From assembly GCF_000143415.4 (NCBI RefSeq), contig NW_003314353.1, forward strand, positions 50,075 through 114,074: 64,000 nt of DNA. Reading direction: 5' to 3'. Made by a program: the position numbers and the translations under genes. Of this stretch, positions 35,942-50,344 are shown one piece after another. This DNA comes from Selaginella moellendorffii. Lineage: Eukaryota > Plantae > Lycopodiophyta. The notes beneath the pieces are model-generated. The model saw only the letters and a list, made by a program, of their open reading frames with translations. It was not told the DNA's origin and made no database searches. Every line of letters starts with the position of its first letter. Position 1 is the stretch's first letter.

Positions 35942-38900
35942 TGTCGCGAATGTGACTTTGGGTATCGAAAGATACTTGTCGATCGGTCCTTACGGACACT
36001 CTTTTCTTACTGCCATGATGGCAGGAGATCGGTACAGTTGGATCCCTTTAGTAGCCCCTCTTGTGCTAGTGGAGTTAACTAGGCATTTCGAGTGTACTTA
36101 GACCGGACGAGCATAAGGACGGAATTCCTATGTGCTATTAGCTAAGCATACTTAGCCCGGTAAGGAGTTCCCGTCTCGTTATGTCTTGCACTGGCTAGTG
36201 ATAAGAACCCCCGCATATTGAGATTGGTCCCTCAATATGGCCGGATGATATCTTACCGTGTCTGCCAAACACCCTTGCTATCATGCCCTTTGTGTTAGTC
36301 TCATTTCGGTCCCAAATGCTATTTATGGAAAGTGTCTGGATTTGTTCATTTGGCATATCTACGGAATGTAGAGGTCGGCCTGAACACAATGGTGTTCGTC
36401 CCGTGTCCAAATTCGCAATCTAGCGCCATTCCATATTTAGTAAGTTTCGAGCTTGTCCCAGAGACTAACTCTTGGTACTAAGGGAGGCTTGGGGTGAAAG
36501 CCCAAAGCGTGTGTTCCTCAAGGGGGGGGGGGGGCAATTGCTTGATGAGAGAGCCCTTAGTGGCTATTTTATCCTCATTTATCCCCCAAGGTTCCAAGGA
36601 TCCACGGTGATAGTATATCTAAATCTCATCCCATGATCACATGCGCTACACTCACCCCCCCTTCAGAGATGTCAATGCTAGCAACCCCTACTGAGCTAAA
36701 GGGAACCAGCACCTCCATTTCCGCACTCAATCTACCAATCCTTCCATTATGTAGACCAGCTATTCCATGTGAGGCAACTAGTCATCCACCCGTACCGCAG
36801 TCCCACGGTGGATACCTTCGTCCGTGGATACACCACACAAGAGGAAGGACGTACGCATGGATGCCCAATACGTACGATTTCAAATTTAGGGGTAGGAATA
36901 TACCTTGCTCAAGGGTATATTATACTTTTAAGTAGCCACTAATCAATGGGAATCGAACCCGTGCCATTTGCTCTAATACCAACTGTAGCGCACTTTATCT
37001 CTCTCCCCTTAAGCCAACTGGAAAAGGGGCAATTGCTTGATGAGAGAGCCCTTAGTGGCTATTTTATCGCCATTTATCCCCCAAGGTTCCATGGATCCAC
37101 GGTGACAGTATATCCAAATCTCATCCCATGATCACATGCGCTACAGAAACTCCTGTTAGAGATGCTGCGGAAGAGGTTGAGGCTGAGTCGGAAGAGGAAG
37201 AGCTAGATGCTGCAACATTGTAGCGTACGGCTCAGGAAGTCGAGATCGAGAATTTGCGAAAGGAGATTCGCAAATTGAAGAAGGAGAACAAAAAGAGGAA
37301 GAAAGAAGCTGAGGTAGCTAAACCAGCTAAGCCTAAGCAACCAGACTCCTCTTCAAGTTCTGAGGATGATGAAGTTCTACAGCCGCCCCCGGTTGCACGA
37401 GTTTCAAAGTTCAAGCCCCCAAAACCACCCAACTTCAGAGGCATGCGGGACTATCAGGTTTTGGAAGACTGGGTCTACGATATGGAGAACTACTTCATAG
37501 CGGCAGACGTAAATGATCGTACGAAAGTTGCGTGTGCACAATCCTTTCTCACCGATCATGCCAAAACTTGGTGGCGCCAAGTGTGTGCTGAAAAAGGGCA
37601 GACTAGAAGTTGGACCAAGATGCGGTCTCGTATCCGTAAGGAATACTTGCCGAATGATCTTGGTCTGAGACTTCGCATGGAGTTGCGGCGGTTAAAGCAA
37701 TGAGGGGATCTCATGCATTACGTTAATGCGTTTGCTCAGAAGCACATTATGATTGCAAATATGAGTGACGAAGATGCTCAGAGTTATTTTCTGGAGGGTT
37801 TAAGTTCACTTTCTCGTAATGAGATTTTGAAGTTTAAGCCGAAGACGTATCTGGAGTGTAAGGAGGCAGCGCAGCAAGTTGCCTTTAGTCACTCACTCAT
37901 GGAACTATATCAGCAACCGTATGCTGGTAATTCGGATAAGAATAGGAATTCTGGAAATAAACAAGATGATCAGAAACAGAGGGTGGAAAGCAGGTTCCAC
38001 CCTGGAGGCTCACAAGCAATAGTTAACAAAGGTGGTGGTGGTTGGAGACCACCAGCAGCTTCTTCTGGTCCTAGGCCCTCTGTTCCTCCTCCTGGTGGGT
38101 ACAAGCAGCAGCAACCTACAAAACCTGCTCCTAGCGGAACAGGTAGTGTGGGTCATTGCTTCCGTTGTGGAGAGTCGGGACATAGGTCCTTGGAATGTCC
38201 CAACAAGCATAAGACAAGGTCTCGGGTTAATGTCATGAGGGAAGACGGTGGTGGTGAAGCTGAAGGGGTTGACGAGTTGGTCAATGCAGACTATGAGGAA
38301 GAAGAGGTGACTAACTTTTGTTACTTTCCTCAAGCTTTTCGTGCAGTCAATGCAAACACTGATCCATTGATGTATCTAGTAGGCTTTGTCCGTGGACACC
38401 GAATCCGAGTGATGATTGACACAGGAGCTACGCACAGCGTGATATCCGAAGACTTAGTTAAGTTGTTAGGATTGAATGTTGAGCAAATGTCGCCTATGCA
38501 CTTCCGGTTTGCGGAAGGTGGGCAAGTAGCCAAAAAGTTTGTGAGTGATGTTCCAATAAAGATATCCAAGTGGAAAGAAAGAGTGGACTTGGTAGTGTTG
38601 AAGATACCAGATTTTCAAATGGTGTTTGGTATGGACTTCCTCAACAAATATATAAAAGGGATTTATGGTGCTAGACAAAGTCGTATCACGTTGAAGTCCG
38701 AAGGACAACCCAATGTGTCTTTCCAGTTACAAAAGCGTTCCTCAAAGGATTGGGATGGAAACTTCCTGACTGCGAGGGCCGCTCAAAAAGCAACTAAGAA
38801 GGGAGGTCGGACCTTTTAGGTTCAAGTGATGGAAGCTGAGAGTGTGGGTGACTCTGTTCGAATTAGCGACGGGGTTGATCCTGTACCAAATAAGATATTG

Positions 38901-41900
38901 GAGTTGTTGGCGCAGAATCAGGATATCTTCCCGAAGGATTTGCCACTAGGGCTACCCCCTAGCCGTGAGGTTGATCATCGGATTGAGGTTATTCCGGGTT
39001 CTAAACCACTTACAAAAGCTCCGTATCGGTTGAACATCAAGGAGATGGCTGAACTCAAGAAGCAACTCACGGAGCTTCTTGACAAAGGTTATATCTGACC
39101 CAGCAAGTCACCTTATGGAGCACCAATCCTTTTTGTTATGAAAAAGGATGGAACTATGAGGATGTGTATTGACTATCGGGCACTCAACAAGATCACGGTC
39201 AAGAACAGTTATCCTTTGCCTCGCATTGATGACTTGTTTGACCAACTCTTAAAGGCTAAATATTTTACACGACTTGATTTGCGGTCCGGGTATCATCAGA
39301 TATGGGTGGCGAATCAGGATGTGGAGAAGACAGCCTTTAAGACTCGGTACGGATCTTATGAGTTCCTTGTCATGCCGTTCGGGTTATGCAATGCTCCGGC
39401 AATGTTCAGCACTATGATGGATAGAATATTCAGAGATTATTTGGATGCATTTGTCGTCCTATATATCGACGATGTTCTAGTCTTTAGTGAAACGTTGGAG
39501 GATCATTTGAAACACTTGGAGCTAGTGTTTCAGAAGTTGCGCGAACATAAACTGTATGCTAAGGAAAGTAAATGCACTTTTGGTCAATTGCGTGTAAACT
39601 TTCTCGGACATATAGTTGGTGGTGGCGTGATTGAAGTCGATCCAAAAAAAGTGGAAGTGGTGAAGTCCTGGAAATCCCGACCATTGTATCAGATGTTCGT
39701 TCCTTTCTCGGTTTGGCGGGATATTATCGCAAGTTTGTCCGCAATTTTGCAAGAACTGCTCTTCCGTTGACTGAGTTGACGAAGAGTACTATTCCGTTTC
39801 ATTGGACACTAGCTTGTCAGTGTGCTTTTGTACGGTTGAAGGAGATCTTGACTACGGTTTTTGTTCTCAGGATCCCGGATCTTGATAAACCCTTTGAAGT
39901 GCATTGTGATGCATCTGGTTATGCTATTGGTGCCGTGTTACAGCAAGATTGTGACAAAGCCGTTGGTGTTACGCTAAGGCGACATGGTTGTCTCGTTGCG
40001 TTCTATTTCAAGAAATTGGATGAAACCCAACGAAGATGGCCAACGCATGAGAAAGAGATGTTTGCTATAGTGTCGGCCTTGGAACACTGGAGACACTACT
40101 TGGGTGGACACACCAAGGTTTATACAAATAGTAACACACTAAGCTACTTTGCTACGCAGCCTAAGCTTACGCTGAAGCAGGCTTGTTGGCAAGAGAAGCT
40201 TGCTAGATATGATATTGAAATCATATATAAACCTGGTAAAGACAATATTGTTCCGGATGCGTTGAGTCATCAAGCTCAGTTCCGGGCAATATCGGCAATC
40301 AGTTCGGACTGGTTGGAAGACATTCGAGCTTCATATGGAAGTGATCCATTGGCGAAGGCAATCTTATGCCGTGCGGGGTTGTTGAAGCAGAGCCCTGGTA
40401 GTGAAGCAGCAAAAGTTGCTAGTCGCACTAATGTGAAACTTCACTTCTCAGTTTGGGATGGGCTTATATTCTATAAGCAAGAAAGATTGTATCTTCCCTC
40501 TAAGGATCTTCAGCAGTTATTTCTGCGGGAACATCATGATGTTCCAACAGCAAGACATGGTGGAAAGCGCAAGACTCTGGCTTCATTGAAAAAGGGATTT
40601 TTCTGGTCTAGTATGGAAGGTGATGTAGCGGATTATGTCCGTTCTTGCCCTATATGCCAGCAATGTAAGCACAGAACTGAGAAGCAGGCTAGAAAGTTGC
40701 AGTGCATTCTAGCACCGGCATGGCCATTTCAAAGTGTAACACTTGATTTCGTCACTTGCTTGCCGAAGTCTAAGGGTTATGATTCTTTGATGGTGGTTGT
40801 GGATCAGTTGTCAAAGATTGCACACTTCATTCCAATTGTGGGAACAGTAAATGCGAAACAAGCAGCAAAGCTCTTTTTCCATGAAGTAGTGCGGGTTCGT
40901 GGTCTTCCTGAAGAGATGATCTCAGATAGAGATTCGAGGTTTACGGGGAAGTTTTGGGGCACACTGTTCCAGCTATTCGGTACCAAGTTGAAGTTTAGTA
41001 CGGCTTATCATCCTTAGACTGATGGGCAGACCGAACGCGTGAATGCTCAAGTTGAGGATTATCTGCGGTACTATGTCGCGGCAGACCAACGCAACTGGGT
41101 TGAGCATTTGGATACAGCAGAAATCTGTTATAACAACACATTTCACAGCGTTATCAGCTGTTCTCCATGGGAGATGCTGCAAGGAAATGCTCGTGGGGTT
41201 CCTCAATAGATTGTTGTACCAAAACCAATGTCCAAAGTGTTGGTCCCAGCCGTTCAGACTTATACGGAGCAGCTATGCCAAGGTTGGTCTAGAGCTATTG
41301 AGGCGATGGGTAAAGCTCAGGATAGGTATCGACGTGATAAGGATTAGCATCGTCGGGATGTATCCTATCAAGTGGGAGATCCGGTGTGGCTATCTTCCCG
41401 AAACTTGAACGTTAAGGGTTCTTTGTCTCGGAAGCTCTTGCCGAGATATGTTGGACCCTATCGGGTGCTAAAACGCATTGGTGATGTATCCTATCGGTTG
41501 GATTTGCCTGCTGAGATGTCCAATGTTCATAATGTATTTCATGCCAATCTATTGGCTCCTTATACTATGGATGTTACACGTTAAGGGGAGATTCGTCCGC
41601 CACCAAACGTTGTGGACGGTAAACCTGAATACGAAATGGAAACTATCTTAGATTCCCGGTTCCGAAGACGGGCTCGTGTGAAGGAATATCTAGTTAAGTG
41701 GAAAGGTTACCCAACTTGTGAATCAACTTGGGAGCCTCTTAATAATCTTAACCATGCTCGTGAGCTTGTCACGGAGTATGAGAATAATAATAAATCTTAG
41801 CTTTTGTAAATCTTGTAATCAATCTTACACATCAATAAAGTTTTCTATTTTTATAAATCAAAGTGTCATTTCTCTCGTTCGTTAGTACTTGGGTCAGTTT

Positions 41901-43335
41901 TGGTAGGCTGACTTCAGCACTTCGGTGCATGGGTCCAATCCTTAACCATGGGGATAACTATTATAGACTGATCACAAGTCCTTGCCTCTCTCTTGATGAC
42001 TCATTTTCGCAATGGGGCGTGGTTGTGTAAACAACTTAATCTGCCAGTTTATAATAGTTGTCTAAATCTTCCCGACGGGGTTGATTTCTTGCTCAGGGGA
42101 AGTTGGGCCTCTGGCCTTCTCCCTACGTCCCTGCGGGCAGGGATGTATCATTCCTTTGTAAGCCGAGTGGTACTCAGAGCAGCAAGGGTGGTTAACTCTG
42201 TTAGTCATTTCCTTGTCGGTGACGGCCGGAGGGTGTCTGAGTCTTAACGTCTTTAGACGTAGAGGAGAGGTCGTTCCATCACTCATTTAAGTCGGTGTGT
42301 TTCCCATATAGTGTGCTTTCCATTAACTTTCGGAGTTGTTTCCTTGACGGTTTTTCTAGACTCGGGTATGCATCGACGAGGACGTCAATCTTCCCCAAGG
42401 GGGGGAGAGTGTCGCAAATGTGACTTTGGGTATCAAAAGATACTTGTAGACCGGTCTTTACGGACACTCTTTTCTTACTGCCATGACGGCATGAGATTGG
42501 TACAGTTGGATCCCTTTAATAGCCCCTCTTGTGCTAGTGGAGTTAACTGGGCATTTCGAGTGTACTTAGACCGGACGAGCATAAGGACGGAATTCCTACG
42601 TGCTATTAGCTAAGCATACTTAGCCCGGTAAGGAGTTCCCGTCTCGTTATGTCTTGCACTGGCTAGTGATAAGAACCCCCGCATATTGAGATTGGTCCCT
42701 CAATATGGCCGGATGATATCTTACCGTGTCTGCCAAACACCCTCGCTATCATGCCCTTTGTGTTAGTCTCATTTCGGTCCCAAATGCTATTTATGGAAAG
42801 TGTCTGGATTTGTTCATTTGGCATATCTACGGAATGTAGAGGTCGGCCTGAACACAATGGTGTTCGTCCCGTGTCCAAATTCGCAATCTAGCGCCATTCC
42901 ATATTTAGTAAGTTTCGAGCTTGTCCCAGAGACTAGCTCTTGGTACTAAGGGAGGCTTGGGGTGAAAGCCCAAAGCGTGTGTTCCTCAAGGGGGGGGGGG
43001 GGGGGGCTGTGGGGGGTTTCAAATGTATACTAGGGATAGTGGTTGGAATGTATGTCCGACAACCTGAGACATTAGTTTGGCTCCCGCTGGGCTGTGTCGC
43101 TCCTTGTTCTGCGTCCGGCTTGGGTCTAAGCCCAAGCTCCACGCTGCTTTAGTCGGTGGAGTACCCTCCTCCTCGCGTTAGGCCACCGGTATGCCAAAAT
43201 TGTGCTAGACTCCGTCTGACACCATTTTGCGTGCAGGTACTGGATACGAGGAGCTGGTGCTCGTGGGATTGTACTGGACCCTCGTTTTGTAGCGTAACGG
43301 GCTTGGAGTTTAGCTCCAAATTCAGGTGCGCTACA
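35942..43335 (+). mobile_element. Ty3/Gypsy chromovirus, near full length, defective
   Basis: 5' LTR 35942-~36534 (truncated), 3' LTR 42410-43335, PPT 42397-42409, TSD TTAAC. Gag CFRCGESGHRSLEC, protease IDTGA, RT YIDD, RNase H DASG, integrase and chromodomain (41612-41800); several in-frame stops. Confidence 0.95.
36531..37145 (-). mobile_element. TRIM (terminal-repeat retrotransposon in miniature) nested in the chromovirus
   Basis: 162-bp LTR 36984-37145 (TGTAGCGC...GCGCTACA), PBS TGGTATTAGAGC 36970-36981, ~310-bp non-coding interior, PPT 36651-36662, truncated second LTR 36531-36650. Confidence 0.9.
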
Positions 43336-43637
43336 TTAACCCTAATTATCTCATAACCCTTAGCCAATTGAAAAAGGGGGTGCACTCTTGGTAATGAGCC
43401 CTTTCCCTTTATATTTGAACCTTTATGGATCATCTCTCGAGTCGTTCCCTTTGGTTGCTTACAATAGCTCATAAGATAATAAATGTGATGCAAAATGTGA
43501 TACAAGCATTGAAAGTATCAAGATGCTACCAAACTTGTGAAGAAGTTAACAAAGAAGTACCATGCTTTTTTGGCTTTGGAGGCAGTGATCAAGCTAATCC
43601 TTTGGTTGCTTGGCCTGGGCCTTAACAAAATAACATG

Positions 43638-43862
43638 TGTATACAACTAAAAGAAAAATTCAAGAGACGATCTATAAGAGTTTAAATATAAAAAGAAAAA
43701 ACCCATGAATAAAAGTGCATCGTTTTTTTTAATCGGTTAAATTTTTAAGATATTTGGGATTAAATGTTTTTGGGTTTAAATAATACTGGTTGGGTAACCT
43801 CACGGGATGGCTTTGACTTGGGTTAAATGATCTCCCAAGAAGTCCAAAGCCAAGAGTTTATA
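43638..43862 (+). mobile_element. Decayed solo LTR of the 5S-promoter family
   Basis: Colinear with 63390-63573; contains TAATACTGGTTGGGTAACCTC and TGATCTCCCAAGAAGTCC (C-box region apparently duplicated). Confidence 0.65.
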
Positions 43863-45652
43863 ATAAATTCCCCACTTGTGTTGCACCAAGAGTTTGGAAA
43901 ACAACTTGAATGCAAAACTAATGTTTAATTGTAGCATATGTGATTTTCACCCTTTATTTTATGGTGATTTACCATAAGATAACTATAGAGTGGAATCTTA
44001 AACTTTAGATACATGGGCCAAGGCAATAGAGTGAAACTCAAGTTCAAGGCCTTGGGCCATTAAATGAAAAGATAAAGTTAAATTATCAACCATATAACTA
44101 AAGTGTGAAGGAATTGATGCACAAAATGACTTTTGAGCATTTAGCCCAAGAGTGAAGGGATAAGAGCATAGAGCAATATTAGAATAATCTTAGAGCATCA
44201 AACATATAACTAAGGAGTAAAGAAATTAATGCACAGAACAACTTTAATGCTAACACACAAAACAAAGCTAAACAAAACTTGGCATAATTTTAACATACCG
44301 ATGGTTTAACGCAAGGATATAGGTATTTCAATAATTAGTATGGTATAAATGATGGTTAGTTAGATGATATGATTTTTCATTTTAAGTCTAGTATTGAGTT
44401 GAGTGTTTTTTATTCTCCTTGTACTAATCTGGATGCTGAGTATATGCATAAAGTTCAAAATCTTGATTTTATTTCATTTATAAATTCTTTGATTAATTTT
44501 AATATTGAGTATTCCCATGTTCTAAGGGTTGTATACCGTTTTGTTAGAGTTTCAAGTTGAGTGCATATCCTCAATTGTGAGTGCCATTAAGAGCCTTTAC
44601 TTTACTGTTACTACTAAAGAATTTATGTTTTCCTTTGAAAATGTGAATGTTTTAATTAATTTTCCTGTTTTAAGTGTGAGTTATGTATTGAAGAAGTTAA
44701 GTGGTGTGAATTTTTTACTTATGTTATGATGGCCAAAGTATTTTATGATAGGAAGTCTATTGTTTTCCAAGCTTTAAATACATGTCCTTTTTTTTATTTC
44801 CTTATTTCCACATTAACAACTGCTGAAAATTCCTCTTCCAATACTTCTTTATCTCTTAGTTTTTCTTAATTTCTCATTTGTTTCCTGACACTTCAAACTT
44901 TTTTTTTCAAAGGTAGAAAGGGTTCAACCTCAACAATGGAGTGAGGATGAGCAAATATGATAGTGAAGTGAGGATGAACAATATAAATTGTGGAGTGAGG
45001 ATGAGTGTAGTGAATCTAAATGAAATATCCAATCTTAATGTAGTGAGGCTGAATGAATATAATAATAGAGTGAAGTTGAACATAGATGGCAAAATGAGGA
45101 TGAATGTAACAAGTTCAAACAAAGTTAATGCTTCAAAACTTTTTTTTTTCAAGGAGAGGATAAAAAGGATGTAAATAATAAATGGAGTGAATCTGACTTT
45201 TTATATATAGTGCTAAACAAGGGCGAAGGTCATGAGTTTGAATTAATATGGGTCTCGAATGTTGATCAAATGGAAGATGCAAAGCTAAATTCTACTTATG
45301 GTTGTGAGTTCGAGTTAATGGTGGTCTTAGAAGATTACAAATTTAAAGGTAGTATATATCATTCACTACAATTGCATTTTATGGATTATAATGGCTCTTG
45401 AAGTTCCTTACTTTAGTTCAAAGTTATGGTTTTGAAGTTAGTTTAAGCATTTGGCAACTATATATAGAGTTACAACTAATTCATTAAGATTTTATAGTTG
45501 ATTAATGTTTATGCCATGGCTTTAGATTTTGTGTTAGTCATAGTTATCAGTAACTACATTAGTGGTTTTGTGGGATTTTCAAGTTTTAATAGCAATTTAT
45601 AATCACTTAACAGAAGCTCTAAATGTTCCACTTAATCATTATCATCTTTTCG

Positions 45653-45742
45653 TCTTTCGGAAAAGAGAATAGTGTAAAATCTATAAATATATGTATATAT
45701 TTATTTATTTATAGATTTTACACTATTCTCTTTTCCGAAAGA
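45653..45742. repeat. Perfect 37-bp inverted repeat with 16-nt spacer
   Basis: 45653-45689 is the reverse complement of 45706-45742. Confidence 0.9.
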
Positions 45743-45749
45743 GAATAGT

Positions 45750-46191
<442 letters not shown>

Positions 46192-47717
46192 AATAATATT
46201 TTAAAAAAGAAACTTTTAATCAGATATTGATTGATTGATCATACTATCATCAAATTTTGCAGGAAGCTAAAAGGGCTAGAAGCAAAATTAGCATCACTAA
46301 ATAAGAAGCAAAGGCCTTCTAGCAACAATGGAAGATTAAATACATCATAATACTATAGACATTTTTGTTTAAAGTTAAAATTGAGTTATGGTAGATAAAT
46401 AAATTGTATCAATGGTTTCAGGGAGACTAAAATAGAGCCATTGAGCTTTATCAAGTTGAAAAAACAAAACTCGCTATGTATAGGAAGTCAGAAAAGATCA
46501 TTAAGATAATTAGCAAGTTGATAAAGATTTCTATTTTGAGGCTATTCCATCCTGAGATGGAGATCCATCTCTACATCTACACAGGCTCTTTGATTGGCCA
46601 AGACCTTGAAGGGCAGTTAATGAGATCCAAACCATCCTATAGTCAATTTTGTGTGAAGGGGCTACTAGAGTTGTCAACTACCAGTATCATTCTACATGGA
46701 CAAAGCATTAGTGAGATTTGACACAGCAAATACATGGAAAGTCATGCCATGTTCTAGCCATTGTATACATGAAGAATAACAATAAATGTTTACCAAGTCT
46801 TTTGCACCCAACTGGAGCAGCATCAAGAGTGAGGAGTGTAGGTAAGCAGAACACTTGGTGATCTACCTATGCAAAATCTCCTTTTTTGAACAGAATGTAT
46901 TTCAAGGGGCATATACCCAGTGTTGATGTAGTTAGGTTGCAAATTCTTTAGTGGGAATTGGTTAGAGCTTGTCCATCAAATGTGTTGGAAAACTAAAATT
47001 ATAGCTGTGTAAATTAAAAAATGGTGGCAACCTTGGCAAGAATTCCAAGTGATGCCACTATTGAGGCCAATTGTATTGGAGATGCAATTTTTTGGGCGGT
47101 GTATGCCAATGCAAGAGTTCCAACTTTACCATTTCCATCTTGAAAGAGAGGATTTAAGATTATAAACATTCATTATTATTTGTTTTCTTTTTATAGAATT
47201 GTAACAGATAGCTGTAAAGGAGCTTAGACCACCTTTGTTTCTCTAAGTTTTGTCTAGCTTGATTTATCTTGTTCTTAGTCAGGCTCAAGAAAATGATGCA
47301 ATGTCTTTGTGTAAAGGAAAACAAGTGCTCCAAACCTGGGAAAATGATATTTATAAATAGTGACAGCATCAAAAAGTGTTAAAAAAATGTATCCTAACCC
47401 TAAAACGTTGGGCTAACAATGTACCATGTTACATCGCCTGGCACGTGTAGGGCGGATCTCTCGCTTAAAAGCTTCACTCCCTCGCGACAAAGCAGAGCAG
47501 GGCGGAGGCAAGATCACTCTTCGAGGGAGCAAGAGATCTTCGCGGCAAGGGATCCACTCCACTCCTCCTTGAGGTAGCGCGCGCTTAGCTAGGATCTAGC
47601 ATTTTCTTGCTCGCATTTGCGCCTTTGTGGCCAGATGCGGTGGAAATGCTCTCGCGAATCGCGATCCGTGTGTGTGTGATTCTCGGGCTAACTGCGAAGT
47701 GAAATCTCGTGCAGGTA

Positions 47718-49414
47718 ATGGCGGCCAACACCATGCTCATGGACTCCTCGAATCTCCTCGCGCCGGGAAGTGCTCTTGGTGTGAGAGATCTCGGCGGAGC
47801 TCGTGTGATCTCCCCCAGCAGGATGAACAGTAGCAAGATTATCGCCAGGGCCGCTACTGCCGTCTCCACCACGAGTAACGAGTATGTTTTCCATCACTCT
47901 TTTCGATCCGAAAGCTATAGCTGCATGCATGCTAAAAAATTTCCCGGAGTGCATGCCACTGGCTTGTTCTCTCTTTTCTTTTCTCTCTCGTCCATCGTGA
48001 GTCGTTTGCTTCTTTTTTTTTCTATTTTTTTTTCCTCTCCAAGATTTTCCTTTTCTCTCCTCTACATTGACAAGCCCTTTCTCTCTTCATGTTTTTTTTT
48101 TAAATTCCATTTCTTTCCTTTCATTCTTCTTATGCCAATTTTTTTTTTCCTTTTTCTCTGCTCGACAACAAGTTTTCTTCATTCAGTTTGCTATCGTTTT
48201 CTGGTTCGTTGCATCGTCATAACTTTGTCTGCTCGTCCATGGCGAGCTTTCTAACTTTCGCCATTGCTGCTTCTTCGGCAGGAAAGTGACGCCCAAGCCT
48301 CTCACAAAGCAAGCCTCGCACTCCCTCCCTCCCGAAAAGGTCGAGATGTTAAAGTCCTTGGATGGCTGGGCCGAGGACAACATTCTCACTTTCCTCAAGC
48401 CCGTGGACAAGTGCTGGCAGCCACAAGAGCACCTCCCGGAGCCATCCTCGGAGGAGTTTATCGACGACATCAAGGAACTCCGGGCCCGAGCAGCGTGCTT
48501 GCCGGACGACTACATGGTGGTGCTGGTTGGCGACATGATCACCGAGGAAGCTCTTCCAACTTACTTGACCATGCTCAACACCCTGGATGGAACCAGAGAC
48601 GAGACCGGCGCGAGCCCGACCGCCTGGGCTCGATGGGGCCGAGCTTGGACAGCCGAGGAGAACAGGCACGGCGATCTCCTCAACAAGTATCTCTACTTGA
48701 CCGGACGAGTGGACATGAAGAAGATCGAGCAAACGATCCAGTACCTGATTGGATCTGGCATGGTACGTAGTCTATAAAGTTCTAAACTTCTAAAGTTCTC
48801 TAGAGTTCTCTCGAGTTGATTGAAGTGTTTCTTTTTTCAACCAGGATCCACAAACCGAGAACAATCCTTACCTGGGGTTCATCTACACGTCCTTCCAGGA
48901 GCGGGCCACTTTCATCTCGCACGGCAACACCGCCCGCCACGCCAAAGAGTACGGTGACATGAAGCTCGCAACGATCTGCGGATTGATTGCGGCGGACGAG
49001 AAGCGACACGAGGGTGCTTACAGCCGGATCGTGGAGAAGCTGTTCGAGCTGGATCCCGAGGGAGCTCTCCTGGGCTTCGAGGACATGATGCGCAAGAAGA
49101 TCTCCATGCCGGCTCACCTCATGTACGATGGCGAGAACCCGAACTTGTTCGAGCACTACACGGTGCTCGCGCAGAGGCTGGGAGTCTACACCGCCAGAGA
49201 CTACACGGAGATCATCGAGCACTTCATCAAGAGGTGGAAGGTCGACGAGATGCGAGGCTTGTCCGGGAGAGGAGCGAAGGCCCAGGAGTATATTTGCGGC
49301 CTTCCGGCAAGGTTTCGCAAGCTCGAGGAGAGAGCCCACGGCAAAGCTCACAAGAACGTCCCAAAAGCCGGGCCTTTTAGCTGGATTTTCAACAGGGAAG
49401 TCCAGATAATGTGA
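47718..49414 (+). CDS. SAD: Stearoyl-ACP delta-9 desaturase, plastidial (3 coding exons)
   Basis: [37 protein letters not shown] di-iron motifs; transit peptide in exon 1. Confidence 0.96.
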
Positions 49415-50344
49415 TATGGGAGAGCAAAGTTTTAATAAATTAATGCCACCTTTTTTGGTTCGTTATTTATTTAGGTAAACTGATTTAACTTATGGCAGTG
49501 GTTATAATGATCCTAAAAGGGTAAAAGAAGGTATGAAAAAACTCTCCCAATTTGCTCGAGTTCGTCGCAGCAAATGGTAAAATTCCGGACACCTTGTCTC
49601 ATAGATTGACACTCTCAAAGGGAGGCATGTCATTTTTAGTAGAGATCTGCTAGCAATTCCTGAAGTTTCTCTTGGAATGAATGTTTTTGAGATTGGGAGT
49701 TTGGCGTTTGAGCTGCCACGCTTTTGCAAAAAGCTTTTATGATCCTTGGAGAAGTTGCATTATTGTGTGCGGAAAGGTAAGCTCCAATGTTTATAGAAGG
49801 ATCGGCCTGGCTTCGCCACTTTACAATAGTCTGCTGGAAAACATGGTACGAATTGACTTTCGAAAGTTCACGTCGTTTGGTGTTAACTTACATGGTCTGC
49901 ATTATGGATGCATGTAAGCAGTTCTGATTTTAAAATAGAGAAAAAATACTAGCGGAAAAAAAATCTAAGACACTATTTTATAAATTAATATCTTCTATTT
50001 GTATTTTTTTATTTTCATCTTGATCTTGAAGCGATATTTTCATCTTTATATTGAAGTTATTAGTTATTTGTTCTAACATAATCCAGCTGCCAACTTGCAG
50101 GTATATCTCCATGCAAGATACAAAATTGCTGCTGCCAACCTTTTTGTTTCCCTGCGAATATGCGTCGAGATACATACTGGAGGTGATGACATGTAGTCGA
50201 GCGCCATGCAAGCAATGGCGATGCAACACTTGGTTTGCATTTCAGTCTGCATTGGATTCAGGGTACTATAAATTGGAGGCGAGCGTCGTCGTTCCTCCTC
50301 ATCCAGATCTCCTCTAGATATTGCAAGTAAAGAGAAAAGAAAGG

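Larger units (their letters stand above)
35870..43463 (-). mobile_element. ~195-bp solo LTR with 5S rRNA promoter (Cassandra-like), split into 35870-35941 and 43336-43463 by the chromovirus
   Basis: TGTAAG...CTTACA ends; flanks ATAGT/ATAGC (5-bp TSD, one mismatch); 5S A-box to C-box-like stretch; uninterrupted homologues at 43638 and 63390. Confidence 0.75.
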
